This document shows positions 13,712-28,337 of a DNA stretch of 64,000 bases, piece after piece (position 1 is the first letter of the stretch; each line of letters opens with the position of its first letter). The stretch lies in NCBI GenBank assembly GCA_951406725.2, contig OX597826.1:58590001-58654000 (forward strand). Reading direction: 5' to 3'. A program made the position numbers and the translations under genes. The notes beneath the pieces were generated by a model, which was not told the origin of the DNA, made no database searches, and saw only the letters and a program-made list of their open reading frames with translations. The stretch is from Octopus vulgaris (taxonomy: Eukaryota).

Positions 13712-13878
13712 CGGGCTTCTTTCAGTTTTCATTAACCACATCCACTCACAACGGTTTGGCCAGCCGGAGGCTATATAATAGAATAGAAGACACACGCCAA
13801 ATGAGACCTGCAGTGGGATTGAACTCTGAACCATGCGGTTGGGAAGCAAGCTTCTAACCACAGAGCCATGCTTGTGCC
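13710..13878 (-). mobile_element. SINE family A head fragment
   Basis: Homology to the head of 34500-34916. Confidence 0.8.
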
Positions 13879-13972
13879 TATTTATATATGTTTTGCAGTA
13901 AAAAAAAAAGAAAGAAAAAAAAGGATTCGAAAATGGTTTTTCTAGAATATCCATGTCCAGTAAGGTCTAGAG

Positions 13973-14318
13973 CAGCGTTTCTCAACGGGGGTTACGCAAA
14001 AATAAAGCTTCCTAGGGGTTTCGCAAGAAAGAGTGATATAAGCTAATGCTAATTTCCTGATCGTAATATTACTATATATGCACAACATAACATATTTTTG
14101 GTTATTGTAATATTGTAATAGACATCATCCTATTTAATCTACTACGCTATCAAAAATATATAACAACGATATACATATGTATATGATATTTACCACGTGA
14201 ACTATGATGAAAAAATATGAGTAAGATATGGTATATAATTTTTTTTTGTGCAGGGTTACCTTGAGACATGTAGTTTATTTCAAGGGTTACGCAAGGGTAA
14301 ATAAGTTGAGAAACATTG
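13973..14318. mobile_element. hAT (Charlie-like) MITE
   Basis: TIRs CAGCGTTTCTCAAC / GTTGAGAAACATTG; 8-bp TSD GTCTAGAG (13965-13972) / GTTTAGAG (14319-14326), matching the NTCTAGAN preference of Charlie-type hATs. Confidence 0.9.
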
Positions 14319-15769
14319 GTTTAGAGAGATGATAAAAATCCTAAATTTTCAATTGAGACATTTTTGGTAGTATTGATGAGTTTATGCTGTTAATGGGAGA
14401 ACATTTTGAAAAACATCAATTTTTCAGAGTGAGAAAGAAACGAGGAAGGTGACCATGGGATATGCTAGAAACAACAGCCAAATCTCCCTTTAATCACATA
14501 CCTTTCCGTCTGAAAATATTTACTCTGATTTTTTTTTTGTAACGAAATGGCTTCTCCTGTCGTTTTTAAGCGCCTAGTGCCCAAAAGAATCATTGTGTAA
14601 TCGACTACAGAATCGACTAAAGTTGGTCCGGAGAGGGAAAGAGAGCAGGGAGAATTTAAAAAAATATTTTGAAATCTTTCTTTTTTTTTTATTTTGCTTC
14701 AGATAATTTCCAAGGGCACCACGGAAAAAAAAACCCCCCTGAAAAATTCCCGCCAAAAACGGAAAAATTCCATCTTATGCAGGTACCTGCCGCTGACATC
14801 CTACCCCTTGTACTGTTTACCGTTTCTGTAAATATGATGTCTGCAGACAAACGTCCCAATCACAAATCTTTGCAATTTGGAAAATGTTCAGCACGTAAGC
14901 CTTACATTCTGTAAATTTTTTAACGCTAGCTATTTCCAGACAGTAAATGGTTTAAACATTCTCTTAGAACCAACAAGTGTTCTTATTTAGTCCCACATCA
15001 AACGAAATCTGGAGAATGCAAACCATACCGGGGATACATTATCCGAGATGGTGACATCAAAATGGCCGTCATTAAGACGTTCGCGTAGTTTGTTTTTTTT
15101 ATCCAAAATTGATATTTTTTAATAAATATTTTCCTGTGAGTCTACTCCAAAAACTAACTGACTCTAGTACTTCATCTTTGCATATTACTGCATCATTGTC
15201 CGAAGATAATAGAGTAAAACCGCCTTAAAAAGAAAAAAAGACTGGATTTCTTTCTTCTTTGTTTTCCGTAAACGTTAGTACAATAAAAGGCATTGTCCTG
15301 TATGAATAGCTCTTTGCAATTCCTGCCGAAATGAAAAAGAAAATAATAATCTCTCTCTATATATAAATAAAATAAAACGAAAACATTTTCACTAAAGTAT
15401 ACAAATTCAATGTCATCAAAAGCATCTTTATAAACACATCCTCCATCTTATCCATTAAAAACTTCAAACAAAGTAATAACTATAATAACCGCATTGTCCT
15501 GTGGGACCTAGACACGCTACCATTTTAGTTTTAGTTAATGGAAACCTTTTAAATGTTTTATTGGAATCATTCAGATACAAACATGTCCGTATAAATAACA
15601 CTAGCACTCTCTTTTATGTTTGTTAAAGGTTTACGTAATAAACTCTCCATTGTTCATAATAATGTTGAACTATAATATCGGACATATAACATTTTTCAAA
15701 GGCGAATGTTCAATCATAATCAAATTAATCATATATAAATGTTTATTAAATAAGATACGTGCATATACA

Positions 15770-16460
15770 GTTATATACATGCATACATACATACGCATGA
15801 CCCCCCTCCACACACACACACATTCATACGTACATACATGCATACATACCTACCTACATACAAGCACATACAGATATACACGTACATACATACATACATA
15901 CATACATACATGCGCACGCGTGCACACGCATGCACACCCATGCATAGATACCTACATACATACAAGCACATACAGATATACACGCACACACATACATGCA
16001 TACATACGCACATACATACATGCATACATACATACATACATACATACATGCGCACGCGTGCACACGCATGCACAAACATGCATAGATACCTACATACATA
16101 CAAACACATACAGATACACACACATACATGCATACATACGCACGTACATACATACATACATACATGCGCATGCACACACATGCATGCATACGCACGTACA
16201 TACGTACATACATACACACGCATACACATACATGCATGCATACGCACGTACATACGTACATACATGCGCATGCGTGCACACATATGCATAGATACCTACA
16301 TACATACAAGCACATACAGATACCCACGCACACACATACATGCATGCATACGCACGCACATACATACATACACACACACATACATACATACATACATATA
16401 TACATACATACATATATACATACACACATACATACATATATACATACATGCATACATACA
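15770..16460. repeat. Complex CATA/CA microsatellite with a higher-order repeated unit
   Basis: CATAGATACCTACATACATACAAGCACATACAGATA recurs about 4 times (~15841, 15942, 16081, 16287). Confidence 0.85.
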
Positions 16461-16808
16461 GGGTAAAGGGTAAAGACCCCTCTTTGGTCATGGATGACTA
16501 TGAGATTGTACCTAGAAAGTTCCCCTCTGAGGCACAAGTCCATACAAGGTTGTTTGTGGAAGACCAGCAGTCGCCCATGCATACCAGCCTCCACTCTCCA
16601 CACCACCGATATTATCCAAGGGAAAGGCAACGGTCGATACAGTTTCGCATCAGTGAAGTGGTAGCACATTTCTACAGATGAATAAACTGGAGCAACGTGG
16701 AATAAAGAATCTTGCTCAAGAATAAGACACACAGACCCGGTCTGAGAATCGAACTCGCTAACTCGCGCCTGTAAGTTCATCACTCTAACTACAGAGCCAT
16801 GCGCCTTC
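16460..16808 (-). mobile_element. tRNA-derived SINE family D (CORE/V-like central domain)
   Basis: rc GAAGGCGCATGGCTCTGTAGTTAG...GAGTTCGATTCTCAGACC...CTTGAGCAAGATTCTTTATTCCACGTTGCTCCAG...; ends TTTACCCTTTACCC. Confidence 0.75.
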
Positions 16809-17289
16809 ATGCACATAGATATCTTTTATATTTTATCTTTTACTTGTTTGGCCGTTCTGGCGTACCATCTTGAAGGGTTATGGTCGAATCGACCACATGA
16901 CTTAGTTTCTACATTCATTCAGATATACAGACGTCCGTATAAGTTTACATTAGCACTCCCGTTTATGTTTGTTAAAGTTTTACGTAATAAACTCTTTACG
17001 TAAAGAAACCAATTGCCGTTGTCAAGCGGTTCACATATATCCTTTTATGTATGTGTGTGTGTGTGTGTGTGTGAGTGTGCGTATGTGTGCGCGCGCGCGT
17101 GTAGATAGACAGACAGACACAGATAGATCTTTTAGATCTTATTTGCAGGCTGTCATCCAGATCGTTTCAGTCATATGACTGCGGTCATGCTGAAGCACCG
17201 TCTTGAATGATTTTGGTCGAATGAATCGACCCCAGGATTTGTTTAAAGCCTAGTACTAATTCCACCGATCTCTCTTGCTGAACCGCTAA

Positions 17290-17885
17290 TTTACAGGAGT
17301 GTCGTTGCCGAGTCTGATGTCTCGGAGGTGTCCCGCGAACAGGTCAGCCAAGCGGCGTCCCGTTTGACCAATGTACAGAGAAGGACAGAGAGAGCAGGAG
17401 ATGCAGTAAATGACGTTGCTAGAAGTGCAGGTGAAGGAATCAGTGATATGATAGGGTCGGTGATGGGTGCCTGTGAAGAGGGTGGTGTTGGAGAGGTAAG
17501 GGCAAGTGCAGCAGTGAGGGCGGGAGCAGGAGAACGCGCCGGATTGGGAGGTGGAGTTTGGGAAGAAACTGTGGACCAGGCGGTCACCTAGGTTGTGGGC
17601 TCGTTTGAAGGAGGGAAGGGGTGGGGTAGATTAGGGAAGATGTGCGAAGTGGAGGGGTCGGACTGGAGTCGCCGGAAGGCTCGGAGAATGGTGCGTTGGT
17701 GAGGTAGGGTAAATTGGTGGTAGGTGAGGGGAAACAGAAGACAGGTGACGGCGGGGCGGGTGCGGAGAGAGAGAGAGCAGATGCACAGTCTACGGAAGTG
17801 CTCTGGCAAGGGCGGAGTGGATAGTGGTGAGGTGGATAGTCGTGAGCCAGGAGTTGAGTATATACGTTTATCAATTTGTCTTGCA
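17290..17885 (-). pseudogene. Penelope-like GIY-YIG endonuclease relic (Neptune-type Cys linker)
   Basis: Minus strand: FPLTYH...FRRLQSDPSTSHIFPN, then (frameshift) SFKRAHNLGDRLVHS...FSCSRPHCCTCPY...DSFTCTSSNVIYCISCSLCPSLYIGQTGRRLADLFAGHLRDIRLGNDTPV. The 3' end abuts a SINE A tail at 17140-17295. Confidence 0.92.
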
Positions 17886-17919
17886 AGATTTCTGATGTGA
17901 AATCGTGTTTTGAAATAGA

Positions 17920-18100
17920 AATTGTTATATTTCGGGACGGTCATTTTTTTTCGCTAAATAAACACACGCATTATATACCTTTCCTTCACTCATTTGCTAC
18001 ATATTTGTTCTTATTTTGTTAATTTAACTCATGTCCGGTGACCAGAAATCTTTCGTCACACATCTGTGACCTCTTCAGTGACGCTTTTCGTTTTCGTGTG
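17920..18100 (-). mobile_element. Penelope terminal repeat with HHR motif (18041-18082), directly 5' of the GIY-YIG relic
   Basis: rc: gtca CTGAAGA G GTCAC agatgt GTGAC GAAA gat TTC tggt. Confidence 0.7.
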
Positions 18101-18366
18101 TATTCTTGCTCCACTTACTCCATTCTGAATAAGAACAAAAGAAAGAAAAATGTCCTGAAATTATATAATGCAATACGGCACTGACGATATCTCTTAAGAT
18201 TGAAATACCTACATGTCATTGGACTGCTGCTGCTACTACTATTACTACTGCTACGGCTACTACAGCTGCTGCTGCTGCTACTACTACTACTGCTGCTGCT
18301 GTTACTACCACCACCTCCTACACCACCACCACCACCACCACCACCACCACCACCACCACCACCACC

Positions 18367-18459
<93 letters not shown>

Positions 18460-18604
18460 AATGTACTGCCACTCTTGTAGCTGCTACAGCTGCTATTTTT
18501 GCTGTTGTTGCTGCCGCTGCCGCTGCTGCTACTGCCGCTAGTGTAGCTGCTGCTACTGCTACTGCAGTTCCTGCTTTTGATGATGCTGCTGCTGCTGCTG
18601 CTGT

Positions 18605-18645
<41 letters not shown>

Positions 18646-19569
18646 CCGCTGCTGATTCCACCCGAAACAAACACAAAATAGATGTGAAATTATTTTTTTC
18701 CTTTACAATGAAGGGACTCAACACATTACACATATATACACATGTGCCTATGAGTATGTGTGCGTATCAAGTTATATATATATATATACATATACTTATA
18801 TATCCAAAGAGAAAGACAGAGAGACACTGACAAAGAGCGACAGAGAGGCCTATATCTATATTTGTCTGTGTCTGTGTCTGTGTGTACGTGTGTTTTCGCG
18901 TGCACGTGTGTCATGTTTTAAAACGCATATATACGTTTAGACAGACAAGCAATGATACGTTCTCGCTTTCCTGAAAATAAATATAAATCGTGTATATAAT
19001 AAAATATTACGTTCCGCGAAACAAAATGAAAAAGGAAAGAAAAAAACGCCAAAAAATGGAACAAAAGCTGAACAAATCCATTCTTGGTGACGAAGCGATG
19101 ACATCAACTCTTTGAGAAAATTTCTCTTTGATGTTGAGGCAGAGATCCCTGGTAGTTGGTGTTTGCAAAATAACTGGTAGAGTGGAACAACACATCAATG
19201 AGTTGAGGGATAGAAAGGGATAGTTTTTTTAAGTAGCAATGGATTCTTTTTGATATAAAACCATCACCGCAAACAAAAGGAAAAAAATGCTTTAAATGTC
19301 TGTTTAAGCTTGTTTTTCTATGTTCTGTTTGAATTTCTTCTTCTGTAATATTGTATTTATTGTTCTGTTTGTCTTAAAATTTGCGTCTTTTTTATTACAT
19401 TTGTAACCTGTTTGGTTGAGACTTATGACGCCAATCGCTTGCAATGTCTTTTTCTTATACTGGCATTAACAAAACAATATAGAGCTGCTTTTTACCCGAC
19501 ATCGTGGTTACACTACTTACAGTTAACCGAAATGGTTGTTGTTGTTTTTGTCATTGTTAGCATTGTTAT

Positions 19570-19760
19570 TTCGCCCTAGATCAACCTTGGTTGAATAACC
19601 CTAACATGCAAGGCATTCCAAGAAATACAAGCCAGTATTTTTAGGGATATCTAAAGTTACATTATCCAGTTTTTGCTTTTGTTTGTAACTGTAGGGTCTG
19701 ATTTGAAAAAAGATTTTCCAGCTAATTCTAGGTAGTAAATCAACTATATTTAACGTTCTC
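19570..19760 (+). repeat. Old dispersed ~190-bp repeat (family G)
   Basis: Shared blocks like TTTTAGCCCCAGGTCAnCCCTGATCGAGCAGACnTATGATCAAAG...GATTTGGCTGCTATTTCTAG. Copies near 14440(-), 27160, 38560(-), 41470, 43180, 43550(-), 45500, 59700, 61260, 61830. Confidence 0.65.
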
Positions 19761-20329
19761 TCGTAGATAAGGAAACAAAATAGTGTTAAATATTTCTTGG
19801 TCACTAGATTATTCATCGCCTAAACAATTTTATCTACCTTCACCAACCATTGTAGCATTCTCTACATCTACTTCATTGTCTCTCAATCTCAACTTCGATA
19901 CATATCCTACAGTACCTGTTTAACTGAAGTAGCTGTAAATAGTCTTTCCTATTTAGACATGAGACCAGCAATTTTGCGAGGGAGGGCAGTAATCTATACC
20001 ATCGACCTTAGTACGTGACTGGTATTTTATTTTGTCGATTTCAGAGATGTGAAAGGCAGACTCGATCCCGGTGGAAATTGAACTCGGAACTTAAAAGACC
20101 TGAATAACTGTAGCATATTATTTTTCCTAACGCTCTAACAAATTTTGCCAGCTTAGCGTCCTTGACTAGTCCATAATAATTTCAAAACACCTCTGGAGCT
20201 ACCAGCCGTACATGCTCAAATAATTAAAATAATATTAATTATTGATAAATATTGATTTTACATTAACTAATAATTATTTCCGCTTCGGAACTTATGGCTA
20301 CTTGCAATCAGCATGGAAGATTGGTTTGC

Positions 20330-21320
20330 CAACTAACAGATGTTTTTAGCAAAATACTATTACGAACTTGTCCAAAATCCAGTATTCGGTGATGCGAAAA
20401 CACCAATAATATCATTTGAGTATGACAAGACTGGGAATCTGGCATGTTATGAATGGATTGTTAAGCATTGACGGCCAAACTGTTCCCGAGTTATATTTTT
20501 TCTTTCTCCTGCTCTTCCTCCTCCTCATAGTCGTTACCGCTGTCCTCATTGCCATTATTATCATCATGAACATCTACTAACTACAACTTACAGATCCATT
20601 AAATAATATCATGAAATTGCCAGATATTTCGTCGATTATCAATGTACTCAGTTCGTCACAGAACCACAGCCCATCATCAAGGTATTGACCATGCATTTGG
20701 AAGATTATCTACAGTTTAACTTCACCTGGATTAGCTTCAAGATGATAAAATGGCCGACGACAAAATCTGTGTGCGGCAGACAGTATTAGGCAAGTTACAA
20801 CTGCCTTTCCATTATCGTGTAAGTCAAGATAGAATATGGCCCTAGATTTCCTCATTGGTTACTTTCAGCTTGCAGTTGCCTTTGAAGAAGGGGTCTAGAG
20901 GGTCTGAATGCAGATATCGTAAACTAAATAAGGGGTTAAGTCTCAAACTTATAATAGTGGATTGTCTGAATTGCTGCAAAGTATATTCTCTTCTTGTGTT
21001 TTGCAGATAAGTTGGAGATCTTAATAGTCTGTCTATTGAATAACTTCCAGAAACGATTTTATCGGAAATTGATGTCCTTTTACAAATCGATCAGATGTAT
21101 GAAGTAGATACATCGATTTCAATCTGTGATTAAAACTGCCCCACAACTTTGTCAACTTGCCAATAACTATGGCGGCATCAGTCGTTAACTTTGCAAACGA
21201 TTTCTGAATACAGCAATATGAAATACTATACTAGGATTGGACGTCTTGACAATTCAAAATATTTCACTACATGACTGGTGTTAGGGCAGAATTTATAGAA
21301 TGGTAGAATTTACCATACTG
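20330..21320 (+). pseudogene. Possible very old Ty3/Gypsy pol (RNase H-integrase) relic
   Basis: Collinear weak remnants YSVRHRTTAHHQGIDHAFGRL, LIIVD, *LPETILSE, IKTAP, HYMTGVRAEFI. They resemble YxIxYRxTxxHGNADALSRL, LIVVD, GLPETIVSD, TAPYHP, HATTGxSPAEL. Many stops. Confidence 0.3.
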
Positions 21321-21544
21321 CACGGCGTTATTCCCTTTTATATTCTGGCTTAACATCACGCTGGCATTTGCCAAATGCAGGGGAAAATATTAAGGACTGT
21401 ACAAAAATTTGTCACTTTATGTCTCAGATGCAAACCAACGTACAACACTTGGGTGTTTTGCCAGTATCTAAAAATTGGATGAATAAAACAAATGAGATGT
21501 CTTTGAACTGACGAGATGAATAATATACGTAACTAATATAGTTA

Positions 21545-22109
21545 CAGCGATCCCTCGTTACTTCGCGGTTCAACTATCGCGGATTCACGACATCGCGGAT
21601 TTTAAGAATATATATATATATAAACATCTAAAATTTTTTATTAAATCCATTAAGATATTAATAATAAATATTATTTCACAATGTTTTTGCAACCTCGCAT
21701 AAAAGAGCCAGTTCCTACAGTTACTTCTACGGTTGCACCTTCGGAAGATGTGGAAGAGGTGTCCCAGGAAAGGGCACCGCCGTCAGCTTCATCATCATCA
21801 TTTCTACTGCGCAGCAAATTCATCATTCAAATTTTACTTCATCATCATTCAAATTTTACTTCAACTTCTTACGTGTTGAGTACAGTAGCAATCTTAATTT
21901 TTTTAAATGTAAAGTGTTATTGCTTAACAGTTGTCCTTGTTATTAATAGACTACTGTAATGGGTGGGTTGTTAATAGTACAGGGAGGTGTTTTAAAAGTC
22001 CAAATACACGTTAAATAAATACTGTAAATATGGTGTCCCTACTTCGCAGAAATTCAATTCCCAGGGCCGGTATCGGAACCAATCTACCGCGATAAACGAG
22101 GGATCACTG
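21545..22109 (+). mobile_element. Tigger/pogo-type non-autonomous DNA transposon
   Basis: TIRs CAGCGATCCCTCGTT / AACGAGGGATCACTG with TA duplications (21543-44, 22110-11). Internal TMFLQPRIKEP resembles a Tigger transposase C-terminal remnant. Confidence 0.9.
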
Positions 22110-23167
22110 TACATGACTTGTACTCAACTACTTGTGCAAAGGCTGTGAATTAGCAGATGTATTGGGGCCTCGGATAGAACGATAAGCTGTTTGTATTCCA
22201 GCATATATGTATTCCAATCTAAAGATACATTATCAGTGCCATATTCATGAGCATTAGATAATTTTATGATTTTTCTTTTATAATCATTCTGATTGAGAGA
22301 AAAAGAATGATAAATTATACGTTTCTTATGTGCTGTAGCTTTCAGAGTGAATATTACTTGAAATTCTAGTGTTTTCCGGAACTATTCCAACTTAAAGACT
22401 TTTTATTCTTGGTTTGTTGGCAGCTATTCTTCATGTGTATATTAATGGGACTTTTGTCAATCTAATATTGATTTTCAGCTGAGTTTGGTCCTAGAATCGA
22501 ATCTATGACGTAATTATTGTGATACTTACATCTAAATCACGAAGCTATGTCTGTTCTCCCTAGAAGATTTTGTGTGTGTGTGTGGCGGGGGTGTATGGGT
22601 GTGTGTGTGCCCGTGTAAATATTTATTGCGGAACACTGACGAGGTGAAATGCAACATAACATAATTATAACGTAATTATGTAATTCTTATGGCATTTTGA
22701 TGAAAAAAGTGTTTGTTCTATAAAGCATTGAATACCATACCTGTTTTCTTTAGGTGTGTGTGTATATATGTATGTATTTATATATGTATATGTGTGTGTG
22801 TGTGTGGTCTTTCACTTGTTTCAGTCGTTGGACTTCGTCTATGCTGGGGCAACGTCTTCAAGAGTTTTAGTCGAACACACATCGATTTTAGTTCTTAATT
22901 TTTACATCGAGTAATCATATTATCAGTCCATTTTGCCGAACCGATAATTTACAGGGACATAATCAAGCGAACACTAGTTGCATGGTGACGGTGGTGGTCG
23001 TAGAGGTCGTGGTGGTGATGGAGCGACACGGGTGCAAGCCAAACATAAAGGCATACATACATAAATACATGCATACATACATACACACATATACATACAC
23101 ACATACACACACACACATATATATAGATATACACACACATACATGCATACATACATGCATACATTAT

Positions 23168-23570
23168 AGGCGCAGGCGTGGCTTTGTGGTACGGAGCTTG
23201 CTTCCTACCTATATGGTTTTGAGTTCAGTCCCACTGTGGGACCTTGATCAGATGTCTTCTGTTATAACCTTGGGTCGACCAATTTCTTATAATTAGATTT
23301 CGTAGACGGAAACGGAAAGAAGCCCGCTGTATATACAGGTATATATATATTTATGGGTGTGTATCTTTGTGTCTGTGTTTTTCCCCCCACCATCTCTGGA
23401 AACCGATGTTGGTGTTTTTATGTCACCGTAACGTAGCGGTTCGGCAAAATATACCGATAGAACAAGTACCAGGTTTACAAAGAATAAGTCCTGGCGTCGA
23501 TTTCTTTGATTAAAACCATTTAAGGCGGTGCTTCATCATGGCCACAGTCTAATAACTGAACCGTGTACAA
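23168..23570 (+). mobile_element. SINE family A, full-length, diverged
   Basis: GGCGCAGGCGTGGCTTTGTGGTA...GAGTTCAGTCCCAC...CATGGCCACAGTC. Other copies: 22810-23040(-), 29068-29537(+), 29670-29880(-), 31488-32110(+), 35870-36325(+), 39655-40045(+), 40760-40905(+), 48405-48820(+), 54925-55295(+), 60645-61010(-). Confidence 0.85.
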
Positions 23571-23759
23571 GAAAATAATAAAAAGAATATATATATATAA
23601 CCATATAACCATATAACCATATAATAGAAGTCTTCTATAGTTTTTCACTATTTTTTTCTTTTTTATATATAGTGTACTGTTCCGTGATGGAAAGATCAAC
23701 AAAACAGACGACTTCTGGTGAGAGATAGATATCATTGAATAAGCACAATATATATTTTT

Positions 23760-23842
23760 GTGCTACTATTAGTTTCATGCGATGGAATCATACCAGACAG
23801 CATTTTAAACATGTCTTATGTTTCAGCGCAATCTTCAAGCAC
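23760..23842 (-). ncRNA. Type I hammerhead motif (U3 variant)
   Basis: rc: GTGC TTGAAGA t TGCG...CGCA t GAA ACTA-a-TAGT A GCAC. Stem I GTGC/GCAC, palindromic stem III, GUA triplet. Confidence 0.65.
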
Positions 23843-24024
23843 TGTGCACATGGTATAACAAGGTAAAAATAGGGCGATAGAATGAGTGAAAAAAAAAACG
23901 AGAAAATGCGAGTAAAAAGTGGGTATAAAAAGTGGAAGGTTGAAAAACCGAAAAACGAAAACGGAAACAAAAAGAAGCAAAAATAGAGAGGAATTAAATT
24001 TATTTCTCCTTTCACCCTAAAATA

Positions 24025-24122
24025 TAAGGCTGTGTCGGAAGGAAGGTATGAGGTTAACATAACAATTTTATAAGTCGCCTTCACATAGTCCGATATAGCT
24101 CTTTTTATCGGTTGTTATTGTC
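24025..24122 (-). pseudogene. Penelope-like GIY-YIG fragment (Poseidon-like YIG motif)
   Basis: Minus strand [29 protein letters not shown] resembles YIGLTEGxFKxRYxNHxxSFRH. It lies upstream of the HHR at 23760-23842 on the same strand and abuts (TA)n. Confidence 0.7.
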
Positions 24123-24124
24123 TA

Positions 24125-24271
<147 letters not shown>

Positions 24272-24483
24272 TGCATATACACACACGCACCACACAGACA
24301 CATATATATACACACACGCATATGTGCATGTGTGTATGTACGCACGTATATTTACACATAGATATGATAAATTCACATCATACTTTCAAAATACAGTACC
24401 ATGCACTTAAACATATACAAACAAATATATATATACAAGCATATTTATAGAACGTCGTCACAACAGAAAAAATAAGGTAAAAC

Positions 24484-24517
<34 letters not shown>

Positions 24518-25125
24518 TGATGATGATGATGATGATGATAATGATTATGATGATGATGATGAATATGATAAAGAAGAAAGGTGAGCAAATGAGGTGTTTC
24601 CATACTTGAGAAGCCATGTAAATTATTCTTTATAGGTTTATTAAAATAGCACGTTATGGAAATCAGCATTCAATCAAAGTGGGCAAAATAACTACAACAA
24701 CAAGAACAACAACAATAATGATAATAATAATAAAAATAACAACAACGATTATAATAATAAAGAAATCAAGGAAAAAAACATCAAAACATAAACCTTATAT
24801 ACAAATAACCAGCCAAACACAAAAGTCTAACATCAATATTGTCAATATATTTTTACTTATATTTCCACATATTTTATGTGTTTATTCATGCATTCTTCAT
24901 AACTGCCCGTTATATTTCCTTCCTTCTTTCGTCTTCTTTGTCCTTCTTTTCCTTCTCATCCTCCTGTCCCTTTCTTATCTCTTCTCTTCTCTCCCTTGTG
25001 TCTATTCGTGTTGTTGTTTTTCTAAGTTTTCTCAAATAATACAGAGAAAACACTAGAATTTCTTACAATCGAACGAAACGCCGTTCAGAGCCATTTTTAT
25101 AATATGCATTGTCCGTAATTTTAGT

Positions 25126-25226
<101 letters not shown>

Positions 25227-25230
25227 TATT

Positions 25231-25465
25231 TTTATTCAGTAGTTTTATTTTTATAGCGTGCTTTCACTTCACTACCGAGCGCAGCTCTGTGTGCCTTGGG
25301 TATGTGCTGTGATTTGTTGTGATGCTCTGATGGTTATTGTATGGAAAGTGTTCTGCGTAGGAGGTGTGCAGTGCCTAGTAGTGCAATTTTCTGTATGTTA
25401 TATGTGTTTGTAAGTCCTGGTGTTTTTGTTATGTATTTGTCTGAATATTTTTTATCATGCCTAAT
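25231..25465 (-). mobile_element. 3' end of an R4/Dong-clade LINE in a (TAA)n tract
   Basis: Minus strand [39 protein letters not shown] matches the typical R4 C-terminus QKxALLGTAxILRxxL. Short 3' UTR; (TAA)n on both sides. Confidence 0.85.
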
Positions 25466-25472
25466 ATTATTA

Positions 25473-25576
<104 letters not shown>

Positions 25577-25864
25577 ATTCTTATTGCTATTGGTCTTGTA
25601 TGTTGTCCTTATTTTCATCAGTTTTTATTTATTTCTCTCCTCTCTCCTTCACCCTCTCTCTCTCTATATATATATCCCTCTCTTTCACAAGATCATTCTC
25701 ATTCTCTCTCGGTCTCTCATTCACAATCTCCTTCCTTCGCTCTCTCACTTTCAATATTTGTTTCTGTAGCTCCCTCTGTCTTTCGTTTTTCTTTAATCCA
25801 ACTCTGTATACGGAAGTATGCTCATATGCATACGTACATGCATATATGTACACCCTACCCGCAC

Positions 25865-25935
<71 letters not shown>

Positions 25936-26037
25936 TTACATATATATAATATATATATGTACATGTATATATATCCATAACGTATATACATATATATGTG
26001 TTTATATATATATATATACATATATACATACATACAT

Positions 26038-26150
<113 letters not shown>

Positions 26151-26385
26151 CATGTACATATAACACATAAGAATTAAGCTGAACACCCCTCTTTCTTTTT
26201 GCTCCTCTGTATGTCTGTCTGTCTGTCTGTCTGTCGCATCTCAATACATACAAACATACATGCATGTCTAAATACGTACAAGCACGCACTTGTATATGCC
26301 TGTCTGTCAGTCTGCCTCTCAGTCCGACAAAATGTCTATACACATGCATTAATGTATATATATATGTATATATACATATATATAT

Positions 26386-26445
<60 letters not shown>

Positions 26446-26565
26446 GCATATATATTTACACACATATATATATATATATATATTCATATATATATATATT
26501 ATTCATATATATATATTTATATATATATATACATATATATATATGTATATATGTATATGTATATA

Positions 26566-26614
<49 letters not shown>

Positions 26615-26647
26615 ATATATATATACATTTACATATATATACATATG

Positions 26648-26720
<73 letters not shown>

Positions 26721-27796
26721 GTATATATAGTTTGATTTAATCTCTCACCCTACCTACCTACACTTGGACTTGGATTCCTTCCTTTGTGCAAGTTATTACA
26801 CCTCATATATATTCCTCAGCAGCCCACCACTCACCTCAACACATTCGCCACGCAATTAATCGCTATATATCATTTACTGTCTCTCTCTTACTCATTCACT
26901 CTCTCTCTTTCTCTGTATGTGTCTGTATGTGTCTCTCTCTCTCTATCTATCTCGAGCCGGCACACACACAGACTACGTTTTCATAGACGAAGCTACACAA
27001 ATATGACCATGTTGTTTTACGATTGCAACGCAAAAAAAATAAACATGAAACAGTGGCAACACAAGAAAAACTTTTGAGTTTTCTTTTAACCAAACATAAA
27101 GAAGACAATTGACTGTATCTTGTTGTTATTGCTTTTTTTGTTTGTTTGACGGGTTGTTATTTAACCCTAGGTCGGTAGTGACTTGTCAAACCTATGATTA
27201 AAAACGTTCCAATGCGGATTTTTTTTTGCGTTGACAGTTCTTATCTACGACTCACATCATGGCTACATTCATATTTAAAATATTTCGGTATAATGTGAAT
27301 GTACGTTTGGCTGCTATTTCTAGTGAGTGAGTTGTCGGAATGGCTACAACGTGAGACAAAATGCGACCAGCTTTTTACTTACGGTCATTTACGTTCTTAG
27401 TTCGAATCTGAAGATCATCAATACATCTTTCATTGTTCCGAAGTGAGCCGGCAATTCACAGTACTATGGTCGATTTAATATTCCTGCCAATCAACGAAAC
27501 TTTCAACCCTTGAGTCACTTAGTACTTCGGTCTATTAAATATACACACGCACACACATATGTATATATATATATAAAACAATATTCCCTATATGCCCTAC
27601 GCTTGTGTGAACCTACACAAGTTTTCCAACTAGTGCTCATAGTAAAAATCAAAAATGCGAATTGAAGAAATTTGAGAGATGGTTACTGGTATAGATGCGC
27701 ACATGCTTTGCAAAGAGAGGCAAAAGTTGTACACAAGATTGCTAAATGTTGAGAAATAAATGCAAACGCAAAGAGGCATACATACAAACATTCACA

Positions 27797-27839
<43 letters not shown>

Positions 27840-27931
27840 ACACACACACACACAAAAACACACACACACACACACACACACACAAAACAATACACTTGAT
27901 GGAAAATTTAATAGTTTATTATATATATATA

Positions 27932-28136
27932 TGGTGAGAATTTACAAAAAAAACAAAAACCCAAGACGGGTGTGTAAACGACAAATAGATGTATTAGTTT
28001 AACGTTCGGTACGTGAGAAACTCTTTTACGTTTCGAGCCTACGCTCTTCGACAGAAAGAAACACAGAAATAAACAGGGAGAGAAAATAAAACAAAATGGG
28101 GAGAAAAAACAAAAAAGGTTTAGTGGCTAGCGATCT
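27932..28136 (-). mobile_element. Short HHR element family H1; HHR at 28022-28059
   Basis: rc TCTTT CTGTCGA A GAGC gtag GCTC GAAAC GTA AAAGA. Perfect 5-bp stem I; TA runs on both sides. Confidence 0.82.
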
Positions 28137-28337
28137 ATATATAATACATTAGATAGAAAAATGCAAGCAAAAGAAATAATATTCTTAAGAAAATTACAGA
28201 ACAAGTTATTACACTTGGAAAAGTTCAGAACAACTTTATTACATCTGGTAAAGTACAGAACAAGAAAACGTGTACTTAAAATACTGCAGCTAAAGATAAA
28301 ATTTCAAATAAAATATTTAGAAAATATTAGCTTTTAT

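Noticed and set aside
14574-15512. DNA transposon with TIRs CTAGTGCCCA.../...TGGGACCTAG
   Set aside because: Terminal similarity is weak and there is no clear TSD; cannot be supported without other copies.
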